A stretch of DNA of 64,000 nucleotides. Source: Hormiphora californensis (taxonomy: Eukaryota; Animalia; Ctenophora). The position numbers and the translations under genes are program-made. A model generated the notes under the pieces. That model saw only the letters and a program-made list of their open reading frames with translations, was not told the DNA's origin and ran no database searches. The stretch covers positions 2,356,001-2,420,000 of the forward strand of contig CM035358.1 in assembly GCA_020137815.1 (NCBI GenBank), given 5' to 3'. Positions 42,601 to 53,638 of this stretch are shown here, one piece after another; within the stretch, counting starts at the first letter, position 1, and every line of letters begins with the position of its first letter.

Positions 42601-43095
42601 CTGTAAAAGTTAATATTCTCACCTTTAAACACGATCATATCTTCTGTTGATGGTGTGTAAGATACCCCGTCCTTGTACTGCCGGTTAAAATCAAACCCGT
42701 GACTAACCAGAAACTTGAGAGCATCTGGTGAAAGGGGTTTAGTTAAATCCAAAATAAAAAGGCGCTCACTTGGGTTTTGTGATATTTCTCATGGCCCCCT
42801 CCCCGATGAGATACTTCATATTTGGAGGTTAGGAATTAAAGAGAAACAGCGATTTTGCAGTATGTACTAATATTCAATTAAGAACAGGAGCTTTCGACTG
42901 ATCTATGTCAGAAGTCTTCAGCTCCTGGAGGTTAGGAGTCAGAAGATGAACTCGAAAAGATCAAGATACTGGGGAAGGAGTTATTTAGTTATCTTCACGA
43001 CGTCAGCAAATATTTGAGGGAGGGAGGGATCGAGACATAATCTGACAGAGAAACAGCTGTCAGGGAGGGAGAGATATAGAAAGATAGAGAGGGAG

Positions 43096-43136
<41 letters not shown>

Positions 43137-43236
43137 TAGAAAGATAGAGAGGGGGTGCGAGTCGGTTAGAGAGAGAGGGAGTGCGAGAGAGAGAGAGAGA
43201 GAGAGGGAGTGCGAGTCGGTTAAAGAAAGAGAGAGA

Positions 43237-43334
<98 letters not shown>

Positions 43335-45539
43335 GAGAGAGAGAGATCGAGATCAGAGCTTTAACCACTTTCAATACTGAGCTAGACGGACCAGATGGAG
43401 TTTATCAAAAATCAGAGATAAAGTATGAATTTGGCTAGAAGCCAACATATTCAATGGCTAGGGATAGCTATTATAATGAGAGATAGAGAGGAACTAGAGG
43501 CGTGAGAGCAGGCTCTAAACCCTATACGGGGGTACGCATAATATGCAGTAGGCCGTAGAGAGGGTGATAGAGAGCGATAAAGAGAGAGAAAGAGAGAGAG
43601 CTTAGAAACCGATAATATATAAAGATTCCAAAGGCTAAGACATAGAGGGACAAGATGCTTTCCCAGTCGAAGACAATAACGATACACATCCCGTGTGTGG
43701 CGACAAACAAACCTGGCCAATATATATCTACCTGGCTCTACCGAACCCTCACAGAGCGCACAGTGCTACATTTACCTGGCTTACAAAGCATGGTGACAAT
43801 ACTGTGTAGCGGCAGACACACCTCACTCACACTGTGTAGCGGCAGACACACCTCACTCACACTGTATGGCGGCAGACACACCTCACTCACACTGTATGGC
43901 GGCAGACACACCTCACTCACACTGTATGGCGGCAGACACACCTCACTCACACTGTATGGCGGCAGACACACCTCACTCACACTGTATAGCGGCAGACACA
44001 CCTCACTCACACTGTATGGCGGCAGACACACCTCACTCACACTGTATGGCGGCAGACACACCTCACTCACACTGTATGGCGATAGACACACCTCACTCAC
44101 ACTGTGTAGCGGCAGACACACCTCACTCACACTGTATGGCGGCAGACTCACCTCACTCACACTGTATGGCGGCAGACACACCTCACTCACACTGTATGGT
44201 GGCAGACTCACCTCACTCACACTGTGTAGCGGCAGACTCACCTCACTCACACTGTATGGCGGCAGACTCACACACTCATATTTACAAGCCTGCCCCTCAG
44301 ACAGTAGACACCTTACTGCCATCTCCATTTACCTGGCTCAACTGTATAAGTGTCCCGACTCAGCATCAGTACATTGTACGTCTGAACGTAGTAATGAGGT
44401 TCAGGGTCATCTTTAGTTACCCTCCAGCAACTCACCCCCAGTGCAAGGACGGACCGTGATTTTGCAGCATCAACTATGGCTGTGTACCGGTCATCTACCT
44501 GCCTGAGAGATAGAGTTTTAGTTAACGGCGTGATGATCTTTAGGGAGTCAAAGTTTGATGATGATGAGTGTTGAGGCAGGTGTCAATGTATCATTTTAAC
44601 ATGGTGCAGGGCAGGAACCGACCGAAATAAGTAAACAACCAATCAGAACTCGTTATTTAGGTCACGTGACTGGTTATCAGCCAATCAGGGATGGTGCAGG
44701 GGATGTCCCGCGGCTGCCCCCGTCTTGGGACGATGCTACAAAACAAACACTCAGTGTAATTACCTTAGGTAGTTTTTATGGGACCCAGCGTGGGGGCCGC
44801 CGTGGGACCTGAAATTATCAGATATCACTTGGTATGTTCTATTTTGTTTTTAAAAACAGGTCGCAGTTTTAGATGGTCGAGCAAGGTTATTACTCGACAA
44901 CAGAGAAAGAAACAGTAACATATTTTGGGCGACAAGTCCCATGTTCACAGTAAACAGTTGTAGTACATGTTAATATAAGGTTAGTTATATAACTTGATAG
45001 GGGGGGGGGGGCTAGTTACTTCGTACTACTTACTTTCGGTTTAGCATCTTTCGATCTCCAAGACCACTTAGCTCCTAGCGTAACGATATAATGGGTTAGT
45101 TGCGAGTCTGGGAGAGAAATAGTCAGGAAGAGAACTAGAGAGATAAATACCAATCTCAGCATATAATACTCAAACACCACAGAAAAACGAAAATACTTAG
45201 CTGTTTTCGGTTTCGTCTCTGAGATCGTAACCAACAACAATTGTGCACTGTATAATTGAAATAAAGTCGGACACCGATTTACCCGGATGCTCAGGGAAAA
45301 GGCTTTTCCCGGTAAATCGGGGTCCAACTGTAGTCTGTACTGTCTGATTTATGGGTCCCTGATTTACATACCAAGTCGATGGCAATGAAGGAAGAATATT
45401 TGACGGAATGAAGGAGGGAGGGCCAGACCTCCCTGACATTACTGGCTAACACATCCACAATGGGGACCTGGATATCCGCTAATTTAGCAGCATTTGGTGC
45501 TGCAGCCCCGCCCTTAGTGCTACCATCCTCAGATGTCAT
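39662..45539 (-). CDS. TOE1: Target of EGR1 protein 1 (CAF1-family DEDDh deadenylase with CCCH zinc finger), about 458 aa, 9 exons
   Basis: Exons 45539-45372, 45074-45034, 44502-44333, 42724-42623, 41746-41640, 41435-41287, 40927-40774, 40270-40090, 39966-39662, all phase-consistent. Motifs [91 protein letters not shown]. Confidence 0.96.
43801..44278. repeat. 30-bp minisatellite (ACTGTATGGCGGCAGACACACCTCACTCAC) x about 16 in TOE1 intron 3
   Basis: Direct tandem units; explains the three repetitive ORFs at 43.7-44.4 kb. Confidence 0.97.
44612..44690 (+). mobile_element. Truncated copy of the 109-bp hAT-like MITE
   Basis: Near-identical to the first 80 bp of 51130-51238; flanked by direct repeats ATGGTGCAGGG. 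Confidence 0.75.
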
Positions 45540-46003
45540 GTTGACTGTTGTGTCACCCTGTAGGCGTAGGTGTTAGAGGGGCGGAGAGAGAGTACAGGGG
45601 TGGTAGGTCATGGTGTGTCACCCTGAAGGCGTGGGTGTTAGAAAAAGGGGCGGAGATGGGGGCAAAGCCCGAAGGAACTGGAATTGGAGTGGTAATTAGG
45701 AGTCGGATTGGAGATAGGTAAAAAGAGTGGATTGGTGTGAATTATTCTTGACGTCATTGGGAATACTGAATAGCAGAGCTGACCGTGAGAACTCGACACA
45801 AAGAGGAGAAAACGGTATTTAGTGGCAGAGAAAGGCGTCTGAAGTAGGGGAGAGGGAATGTTGGGTATTTGACAAATTTAAAACAGTAATTTTACGTTTT
45901 AGAAACACATGTGAACAGTGTGAATCAATGTACTAGAAAACAGATCACAAAAACGCTCATAATAACTTAGTAAAAAACATCCAAGTTCCAACCTCTCATA
46001 ACA

Positions 46004-47335
46004 TTACTCTCCCCTTCCTTTACCAGTGATAGGACAGGTCGTTGTCACAGTCCCAATTGAATTCGCCTGGTTGCCAGGCAACACAGGACACAAGTCTGCC
46101 AGATATTTTCCCTCCACATGATGCTTACTCTCATCCGCGGCAGTCCGTTCCTTGAAGGCATATCCAATGGCCAGAAACCCGAAAATGATCGGCAAATACA
46201 CCAAACTGAACCTAAACAACTCCCGTGCCGTTTGTTTGTTTGGATCTTTGTAGAAGTTCCAGGCTAGATAGCTGAAGTAAGCATTGACAGCTAGGGAGTA
46301 GAACGAGAAGGAGCAATGTGAGATACCGGTAAAGGGGATCACCGCACAGAGGGGAATGAGGGCAAGGGTGTTCCGGAGGGAAACCAGAGCGTTTTTGGTT
46401 GTATCCACTACTGATAGCATGTTATAACCCGCCCGGCAGTAATCCTGACGGACATTATGGGAGAGAGAGTTGAAGTGGGGGAACTGCCATAGGTACAGCA
46501 GACCACATAGGGTGAGTGCACCCCAATCAAGGGTCCCAGTGGCTGCTGCCCAACCCATAGCAGGGGGTATCGCACCGACAATGGACCCCAACCACGTGTT
46601 GGCAACTGTGTAACGTTTCATGGTGGTGTACACCCCCGCGTATAGGATGATATTAGCTGCCCCCAGAGCGGCAGTAAGAGGGTTAACTAGGTTGTAGAGG
46701 ATCCCCACCCCGGTTAGACCAGCAGTAATACTGAATGTGATGCCATGTAGGGGCGAGATGAGGTGCCGTACCATAACCCTCTGTTTGCACCTGTCCATCT
46801 GGCTATCAAACGGTACCTCCATTACTTGGTTACACGCATTAGCTGATGCAGAACACAGGAAGGTCCCTACTGTAAGGGCTGTAAAGCAGGTGAGTGACCC
46901 GTGAACGGGAGCAAAACCGTAACCCGCGAGGGCCGTCAGCACGACAAGAGTTGTAAGACGGGATTTAGAGAGTTGTAGGTAGAGGGATGGTAACTCCCGG
47001 AGGGAGGGTGATTGTTCCACCCAGTAATCAGAGTTACTCAGCTTGTTATCAGTGTTGTTGCTACCATTTGGATCAATTTTAACCTCTGATTGGATCTTCC
47101 TTAAGATGTCAGAGATGTTGATTGATTCGTTGGGTTGGTGAGGTAGGGGCGGGAAGACTGGTTTCTCGTACGATGGGAGAGATGATGAGGAGCGTTTATG
47201 GGGCACAATAATGCGATTATTTGGGTTCTTGCAACAAACATGAATAGTTAATTGGTAATTAGTTGTTATCTTCCTCGTTAATTGGATGACTGAGAAGTTG
47301 GTCATAAAGTGCTTTTCCAGCGGTCGACGATACAT
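46004..47335 (-). CDS. COX10: Protoheme IX farnesyltransferase (heme O synthase), mitochondrial; intronless, about 443 aa
   Basis: YLQLSKSRLTTLVV, NQVMEVPFDSQMDR..R, YTTMKR, NTWLGSIVGAIPPAMGWAA, LWQFPHFNSL, DYCRAGY. First in-frame ATG at 47335 follows an acceptor at 47346-47344 and gives a basic, presequence-like N-terminus. Confidence 0.96.
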   Translation of the reverse strand: MYRRPLEKHFMTNFSVIQLTRKITTNYQLTIHVCCKNPNNRIIVPHKRSSSSLPSYEKPVFPPLPHQPNESINISDILRKIQSEVKIDPNGSNNTDNKLSNSDYWVEQSPSLRELPSLYLQLSKSRLTTLVVLTALAGYGFAPVHGSLTCFTALTVGTFLCSASANACNQVMEVPFDSQMDRCKQRVMVRHLISPLHGITFSITAGLTGVGILYNLVNPLTAALGAANIILYAGVYTTMKRYTVANTWLGSIVGAIPPAMGWAAATGTLDWGALTLCGLLYLWQFPHFNSLSHNVRQDYCRAGYNMLSVVDTTKNALVSLRNTLALIPLCAVIPFTGISHCSFSFYSLAVNAYFSYLAWNFYKDPNKQTARELFRFSLVYLPIIFGFLAIGYAFKERTAADESKHHVEGKYLADLCPVLPGNQANSIGTVTTTCPITGKGRGE

Positions 47336-47850
47336 CGCATTTCCTGAGAATACGTTGTGGTCATTGGGCGGGAATGGGAAGAAGGGGTGCTGTTTTGCTA
47401 ATTGTCTGTCCTGCTGAACTTGCAGGTAGAAAGTTAGCTCGCACTGTTGCAAGGAAAAACATGGGTTAAATCGAGTGAAGACATGACTTATAAAATCAAA
47501 TACACACAAAGTATTATTTACATGATATAATACGAGAGAGATCACCTATTCAAGAATCTCTAAACCAACTAACATAGCTAAATTCCGCTCTCTTCAAATC
47601 TCTTTCCTCATCCTAAAATTGAAGTTACAAACCTTCAAAAAACCAACACGTTTAACTTGAATCAAGAACACATCATAATGTAGCGCTGGGTAATGACACA
47701 CATTGCACTCTCTGTAACTCCCAGTTCATCTAATATACGGGGTGAATTTATCATCTTCCCCAATATATATAGAAAGTAGACACCTCTAAATCAAAGAATA
47801 TCCTGACAATCACAGATCTAAAGAACCCCTAGTGGTGATGATTTACCCTG

Positions 47851-50800
47851 CTATATCATCGGATTACCACCGGGACTACTAGCCAGACTACTCTGTTCCT
47901 CCTCCACGGCAGCAGCTAGAATGTCCTCATCACTGATCACATAAAAGTTCTCGCTCTCCTCCGATTGTTGGGTTGTTCTGATTGGTCGGTGAGGTGCTGA
48001 TGACGTCATAGGTTTAGGTCCACTAGGCGGGGTCGGGTCCATCATGAAGGGCTGGGTCCGCTCTAATGTGTCATCCTTTGCACAGTAGCTCCGGATAACA
48101 CGAGGAGGTCCATCTTCCTCCACACTCCCGTCCTCATCTTCCTCCTCTTCTACTGCAGCATCAAGGAGGTGCTGGCTCTGTGAACTACCCAGGGTGAAGA
48201 GACCCGCATCCGTTGCTAAGGTCCCATCTGTTGCTAGGGTTGCCATGGAACCCAGGGTAAACCCACCACCGTGGGTATCCATCGTGGACTGGTTTTCATC
48301 GAACAGCAATGCGGCATCTAGTCCCTCCGCCAGGGTATCATCCCCACGATCAATAGAGACATCACCCCCGGAGAGAGATGGTTGAGATTGGAGGATCTGA
48401 TCCTCAGGGGGGAGATCATCAATTCCATAATCACTGTCCGATTCCGTGGATTCTGTTATCGGGGAGATAGCAGCGGGAGGAGGGACTGAGGAAGCTCCGT
48501 ACCACCACCTAGAGATAGTACCACCACCACCGGCTCCCCAAGTCAGAGTAGACGGCAGACCACGCAGATAGGAGAATGTCCTGAGAGTTGCAGAGGCGGT
48601 TGTGAGGTCTCCACCATCCAACGCGACATCTGAAATGGAGGTGTCGTTATTGTTACTATGGTTACACAAGTTACAAGACATCCTGTCGTCAGGGGTACAG
48701 CATGTAATTAATTATAACGTGACAAGCTATCAGAGTTATAGTACAGTGGTTGGCACCCGCTATACGACACTAGATCACACATCAAATTCACAGTTTCATT
48801 CATCATCAACTTCACAGTTACCAATTAGTAAAAATATCAATTTCTACCACCACCAGCTACTTTTCCTTTTAGGAGCTCTCTTTTTTTGAGAAATATCCTG
48901 GTTGCCATGCCGATAATCTGTACAGGAGATGTGAGGACAATTTCAATGGTACTGCATCAGAGTCAGGACAAGTTGGAGTATGTGACATATAAACGGACAG
49001 ACAGACTGAGATTGCTGCATACCAAAATATTATATGGATGAATAATTTAAATCTTGACAGTTGACACCAAAATTATTTCTAGTTTGCTGATGTAATACAA
49101 TGTTTTAAAACACACAGGAACATAGTGCAGCTATTTTCTGATCGGTTCTGACACCCTTCCGCTAAACAATTTCCCACCTTTTTAAGTCAAATTAATTGAT
49201 GGTTTAAGGTCTCGAATTAGCTCTTTCTCAACCTTCCTACGACTCTTGGTATCGGCTACTTGCGTTATAACATCTACCGTTAACAGTCTGGAGTGGTTAC
49301 CATGGTTACCGCACATTCCATCGTCATGGTAACACACCTCTCCCAGGTGGTACATTTCAAAGTGATTGGGTATGCCAATATTTCGCCCTCGCAACTTCAC
49401 AGATCTCTGGTGTTCTGTGACTCGGAGATGCAATGCCCTACTTGTCTCTCCAATGTACCACGCCCCACACAACACACACGTTAACCGATAAACGGTGTTT
49501 TTTAAGCGACAAGTTGCCCGGGGGATACGACATTTTGGGCACAGTGTGCTCTTGCTTTTAGGGATATTGGATGTCTTTGATGTTATCTTTCGTTTTAAAT
49601 GGCTTTTAGTATAGGTAGGAGAACTAAATACTTGTTCTTGCGGTTCAGCCTGGTAATATGAAACTGCATTAGGAACACGAATTAATGTAAATATATTCAT
49701 CAAATTATTGAGACTCTAGTAGAGTATTATAATCGCAATGTGGGCCGCAATATATGTTGCATACAATGTTATGGTATTATGTTGAGCGGGGAGATAGAAA
49801 GATGGAGAGATAGAAAGATGGAGAGATAGAAAGATTGAGAGATAGAAAGATAGAGAGATAGAAAGATGGAGAGATTGAGAGATAGAAAGATTGAGAGATA
49901 GAAAGATAGAGAGATAGAAAGATAGAGAGATAGAAAAATTGAGAGGGAGAGAAATTGAGAGGGAGAAAATTATAGATAGAGATGTACTATGCTGAGGTCA
50001 GAGGTAGGGATGCAGATGTAGAGACAGAGAGACAGAGAGAATATACTATATAGGGAGACAAACAGAATAGAAGTATATAGAGATAACTGATAACTGAAAA
50101 AGCATTTGCAGTGCATAATATATGTAGGCTACATATATTATGCACTGCAAAGCACTTGCAAAATTGCATTCTAGATGATTCTCTATCGAACTATCGAATA
50201 CCGCAATTTCTCATTTATACAGTCCCATACAGGAGGTCGGTGCGTTCAAGTTGATCAAAAACTCGATAAAACCTCATTCTTACCGCATCAATTCCTTTAT
50301 GACTTGTCTCTACCTTGATGCTCTCACCACCACCTGTACCTTGATACTCTACAGCTGATATATAATGTGAGCCGTTATTAGTAAAACACAATACATCCCC
50401 TATCACTCAGGACGAAGAGATATCAAATAGCAATCTATGAGTTCTTGTTCTGGGTAAATGAGTTCTGGTTCTAGCTCTGGGTTAATGTTGCATTTCTTGG
50501 AACAGAGAACAATCTAATTTGACAAGGAGCCTAACTAGACTATTATTATACCCGGGTGGTATCATGAGACTTGGTATGCTTCCCAAAAAAAGAAGAAAGA
50601 ACTCTTGCAGTGTAGGGCTTGTAATAAATAACGACATTTAGCAAAGCAGGACGGGGTTGCATCTACATAACCAACTAACCACTGTATAATCAACCATTAA
50701 CCAATTGAACTAACGAATCCCAGTGCTCCAAGACCCCTGTACTAACTAACTAATTAAACTAAAACTCACCTCCATCCACCTCCTCTATGGTGCAAGACAC

Positions 50801-52804
50801 CTTTACTAACTAAGTAATTAGTTAAAATAACCAACCAACTAATTAACTAATCAATTAAAACACTAAAACTCACCTCCATCCACCTCCTCTATGGTGGCAG
50901 TGTTAGCAGGTATGGCTGCTGGTGGAGGGGAGGTGAGGACAGTATACAGGTTATACAGCATGGATAGGGACATGTTGAAAACACCTACTATCTGAACGTG
51001 GAGAGTGGTGGGGGGAATTAGAAAATGGAAAACTTATCTTCCGGATTCTTTCGTATGCAATCTAAAATCAGGACTTTTTTAGGGTTGGAGTGCGTTGCAC
51101 CCCTCTCTCTCATTCTTCTACACACATACCAGGAACCGACCGAAACAAGTAAACAACCAATCAGAACTCGTAATTTAGGTCACGTGACTGGTTATCAGCC
51201 AATCAGGGACCAGTATTTCCTGATTCGGTCGGTTCCAGACACATACCTCTTCCTTGGTGACTTTCTTGTGCAGTTCATTGTACTTGATAGCCGGTAAACA
51301 GAACATGCCCCAGAATGCCAGCAGTAGGGTCGTTGTACTCGCCAGATAGGATAATACTATCGTTACCATGGCAACTGTGGTACCTGGTGAGGGAGTGTTG
51401 GTTGCCATAGTAACGTCTCCATGATTTGGCAAGCTGCCATGGCACACAAAGAGAGCGAGGAAGAGAGAGCTAGAGAGATAAAGAGAGGAAATGGAAATTA
51501 AATAGCTCTCAGATATTGTCTTGACAACCACAAGTTCAGGGAAAAAGACTTACAAAGTGCAAAGTAAAACTGTGTTTTTCCCTGGGTTGACGTGTCCCTA
51601 ATGTTAAGGAAAACTCCAGCAACAGAATTAAACATCCCCACCACCGATTCACACACTTCATCAGATCCTAGATAATAATTGGAGTGTGTTAGAACATTAA
51701 AACTCCGAGATATGACGGTCATACAGTCGGACCACGATTTAGGGACACCCTCGGGGGAAAGGCTCTTGTCCACTAAATCGGGGTGTCCACTAAATCGGGG
51801 CCAAATAAGGTTAATTTCCTATATCGGGGGAAAAAAAATCCTGTCCCTAAATCGGGGTGCCACTAAATCGGGGTCCGACTGTATTATGATGTAATTTATG
51901 GAAGTTATGTAGCTCACACCGCGCTCTATGATAGCTCGATAGCGAAATGTGGAAGGTGTTTAAAATTTAAAAATGGGAAATGTGTAATTCCCCCAAAAAC
52001 CCCCTCACATATATTCTGTTACCTGGTAGAGTCATCAGATCATGCTCAGTGATACCCAGCGCTCCATATAGAACATAACACGTGACCTTGCTCCCTGTCA
52101 ACACGTGCTCAGCCATCATCAAGTTGAATGTCAGCAGACCGAGTACCAGGGTGGAGGTCAGGGGGACAGTTAGGCCAAGTAGAGAGTTGCAGAGGATACA
52201 CAGGTTCAACCATATAAAGGTGTACCTGCGGAGATGAGATTTAGTTAGTTGTATTACCTGCAGAACATGTGGGTTTGTTCAACTTCAAACCCTTTTCATT
52301 TTTCACCGTGCCACGCCGGGTGCAATGAGAGGGGGCAAAAAGCATTTTCTGGAATATAATGAGGATTGAGGAAGTGGCTCCCTTTTTGAAAATACATATT
52401 ATGTACTACTTTACGTTACTTTAAATCGTTTAAAGTAACGTAAATCATCATTTATGAGGAGTTTAATTCCACGGAAATTTTCCTCTCTGTCTCAGCATTT
52501 CGACATGTCATATATCAATCAATTCATCATGGGAGGCCGGAGGGGGGGGGTGGTAAAGAGATAACTTACAACGTTTATTCAAGCCCACAGGCCAATAAAA
52601 ACGTCATAATAAGCATTAGAAATAATATCACACTTACGCCGATAGTTGCGGATTCTTCCACAGGGCAACATAACTGCCGCACTTGAAAAGGGGAGAAACA
52701 GGCCGGAGATAAGGAGATATCTGGCTGCCTCGGATTATTGGGGGTCTTTGAGGGCTGGCTGAGATATCTAGCTCTGCTTTGATGAGTCCCCCTGCAGCAG
52801 GCAT
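47851..52804 (-). CDS. FAM134/RETREG-like reticulophagy receptor (reticulon-homology domain plus acidic tail with LIR), about 505 aa, 6 exons
   Basis: Exons 52804-52638, 52225-52023, 51667-51554, 51383-51247, 50991-50874, 48629-47851, phase-consistent. YLRPVSPL..ALWKNPQLSAYTFIWLN and GKTQFYFALC..FCLPAIKY follow the FAM134 RHD pattern; the disordered acidic tail ends in SEESENFYVISDEDI. Confidence 0.82.
49182..49700 (-). mobile_element. Intact solo GIY-YIG endonuclease ORF of Penelope-like type (172 aa), nested in RETREG intron 5
   Basis: CPKC..CRLKNTVYRLTCVLCGAWYIGETSR.L..RVTEH..NHF..H..RKVEKELIRDLKPSIN; no reverse transcriptase sequence seen upstream. Confidence 0.88.
51130..51238. mobile_element. 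109-bp hAT-like MITE
   Basis: TIR CAGGAACCGACCGAA / TTCGGTCGGTTCCAG; perfect 8-bp TSD ACACATAC at 51122-51129 and 51239-51246; carries two CCAAT motifs and GTCACGTGAC. Confidence 0.85.
51724..51881. mobile_element. 158-bp pogo/Tigger-like MITE in RETREG intron 2
   Basis: TA-CAGTCGGACCACGATTTAG .. CTAAATCGGGGTCCGACTG-TA; internal CTAAATCGGGG repeats. Confidence 0.82.
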
Positions 52805-53113
52805 CACATTGCGCTAGATATAGGAAATGAGGTGTTTAGAGGTTGGGCTAGATAGGAAATAGAGGTTGGGAAACGCAAGTTATGGTTAGAGGGTCAGGGG
52901 TTGTGAGGTCGATGGTCATATTATATCAGCGCCCTGTCTGCTGTCAGACTACTATGGAAAGATAGTGTAGACTAAAGGTCATAAAACTGAAATAATACTG
53001 TAAAAAGACAAAGACAAAGAAAAGCAGCACGAGACAGCAGCAGCTGCTTTCTTTTTCTTTCTCTCTCTCTCTCTCTTTCTCTCTCTGTCTCTCGCTCTCT
53101 CTCTTTCTCTTTC

Positions 53114-53228
<115 letters not shown>

Positions 53229-53638
53229 GTAGTCTGTGTGATTGTCTTCTGTAAACATCATCATATTGTTATGATTACTATGCAGAATGCAGCACTGTTT
53301 CTAGGAATTTCATATCCGAGAGGTATGGTGGAGAGAGGGAGGGGAGAGAGGGAGTCAGAGAGAGGGAAAAGGTGGTAAAGATTAGATTGAAGGCTATATA
53401 TCACACTGTATCACATGCATTAGTAACTAGCAAGTAGCCAAGCCATTGAAGCATTTACCACAACATGCGTCACACTGTCCTCTAAGAAAGTTCAACTTCT
53501 CAAGACATAATTAGATCAAGGCAATAAAGGGGTTCTTCGAGGGGGTGGGGGTTCTTCCCGTGTTATAAAATCAAATAAAATGTGTTCTTTAGAATCTTTT
53601 TGACTGATTTTAAGTTAAGATCAGTCAATGCATTGTGT

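Noticed and set aside
43655-44459. Repetitive ORFs ([20 protein letters not shown])
   Set aside because: A 30-bp intronic minisatellite of TOE1 that happens to be stop-free.
47336-47545. N-terminal 70 aa of the 513-aa COX10 ORF
   Set aside because: Starts at a non-ATG codon upstream of the splice acceptor; the first in-frame ATG is at 47335.
51384-51531. Acceptor at 51470 for RETREG exon 4
   Set aside because: Phase 2 is incompatible with the phase-1 exon 3 donor; the acceptor at 51384 restores frame and family alignment.
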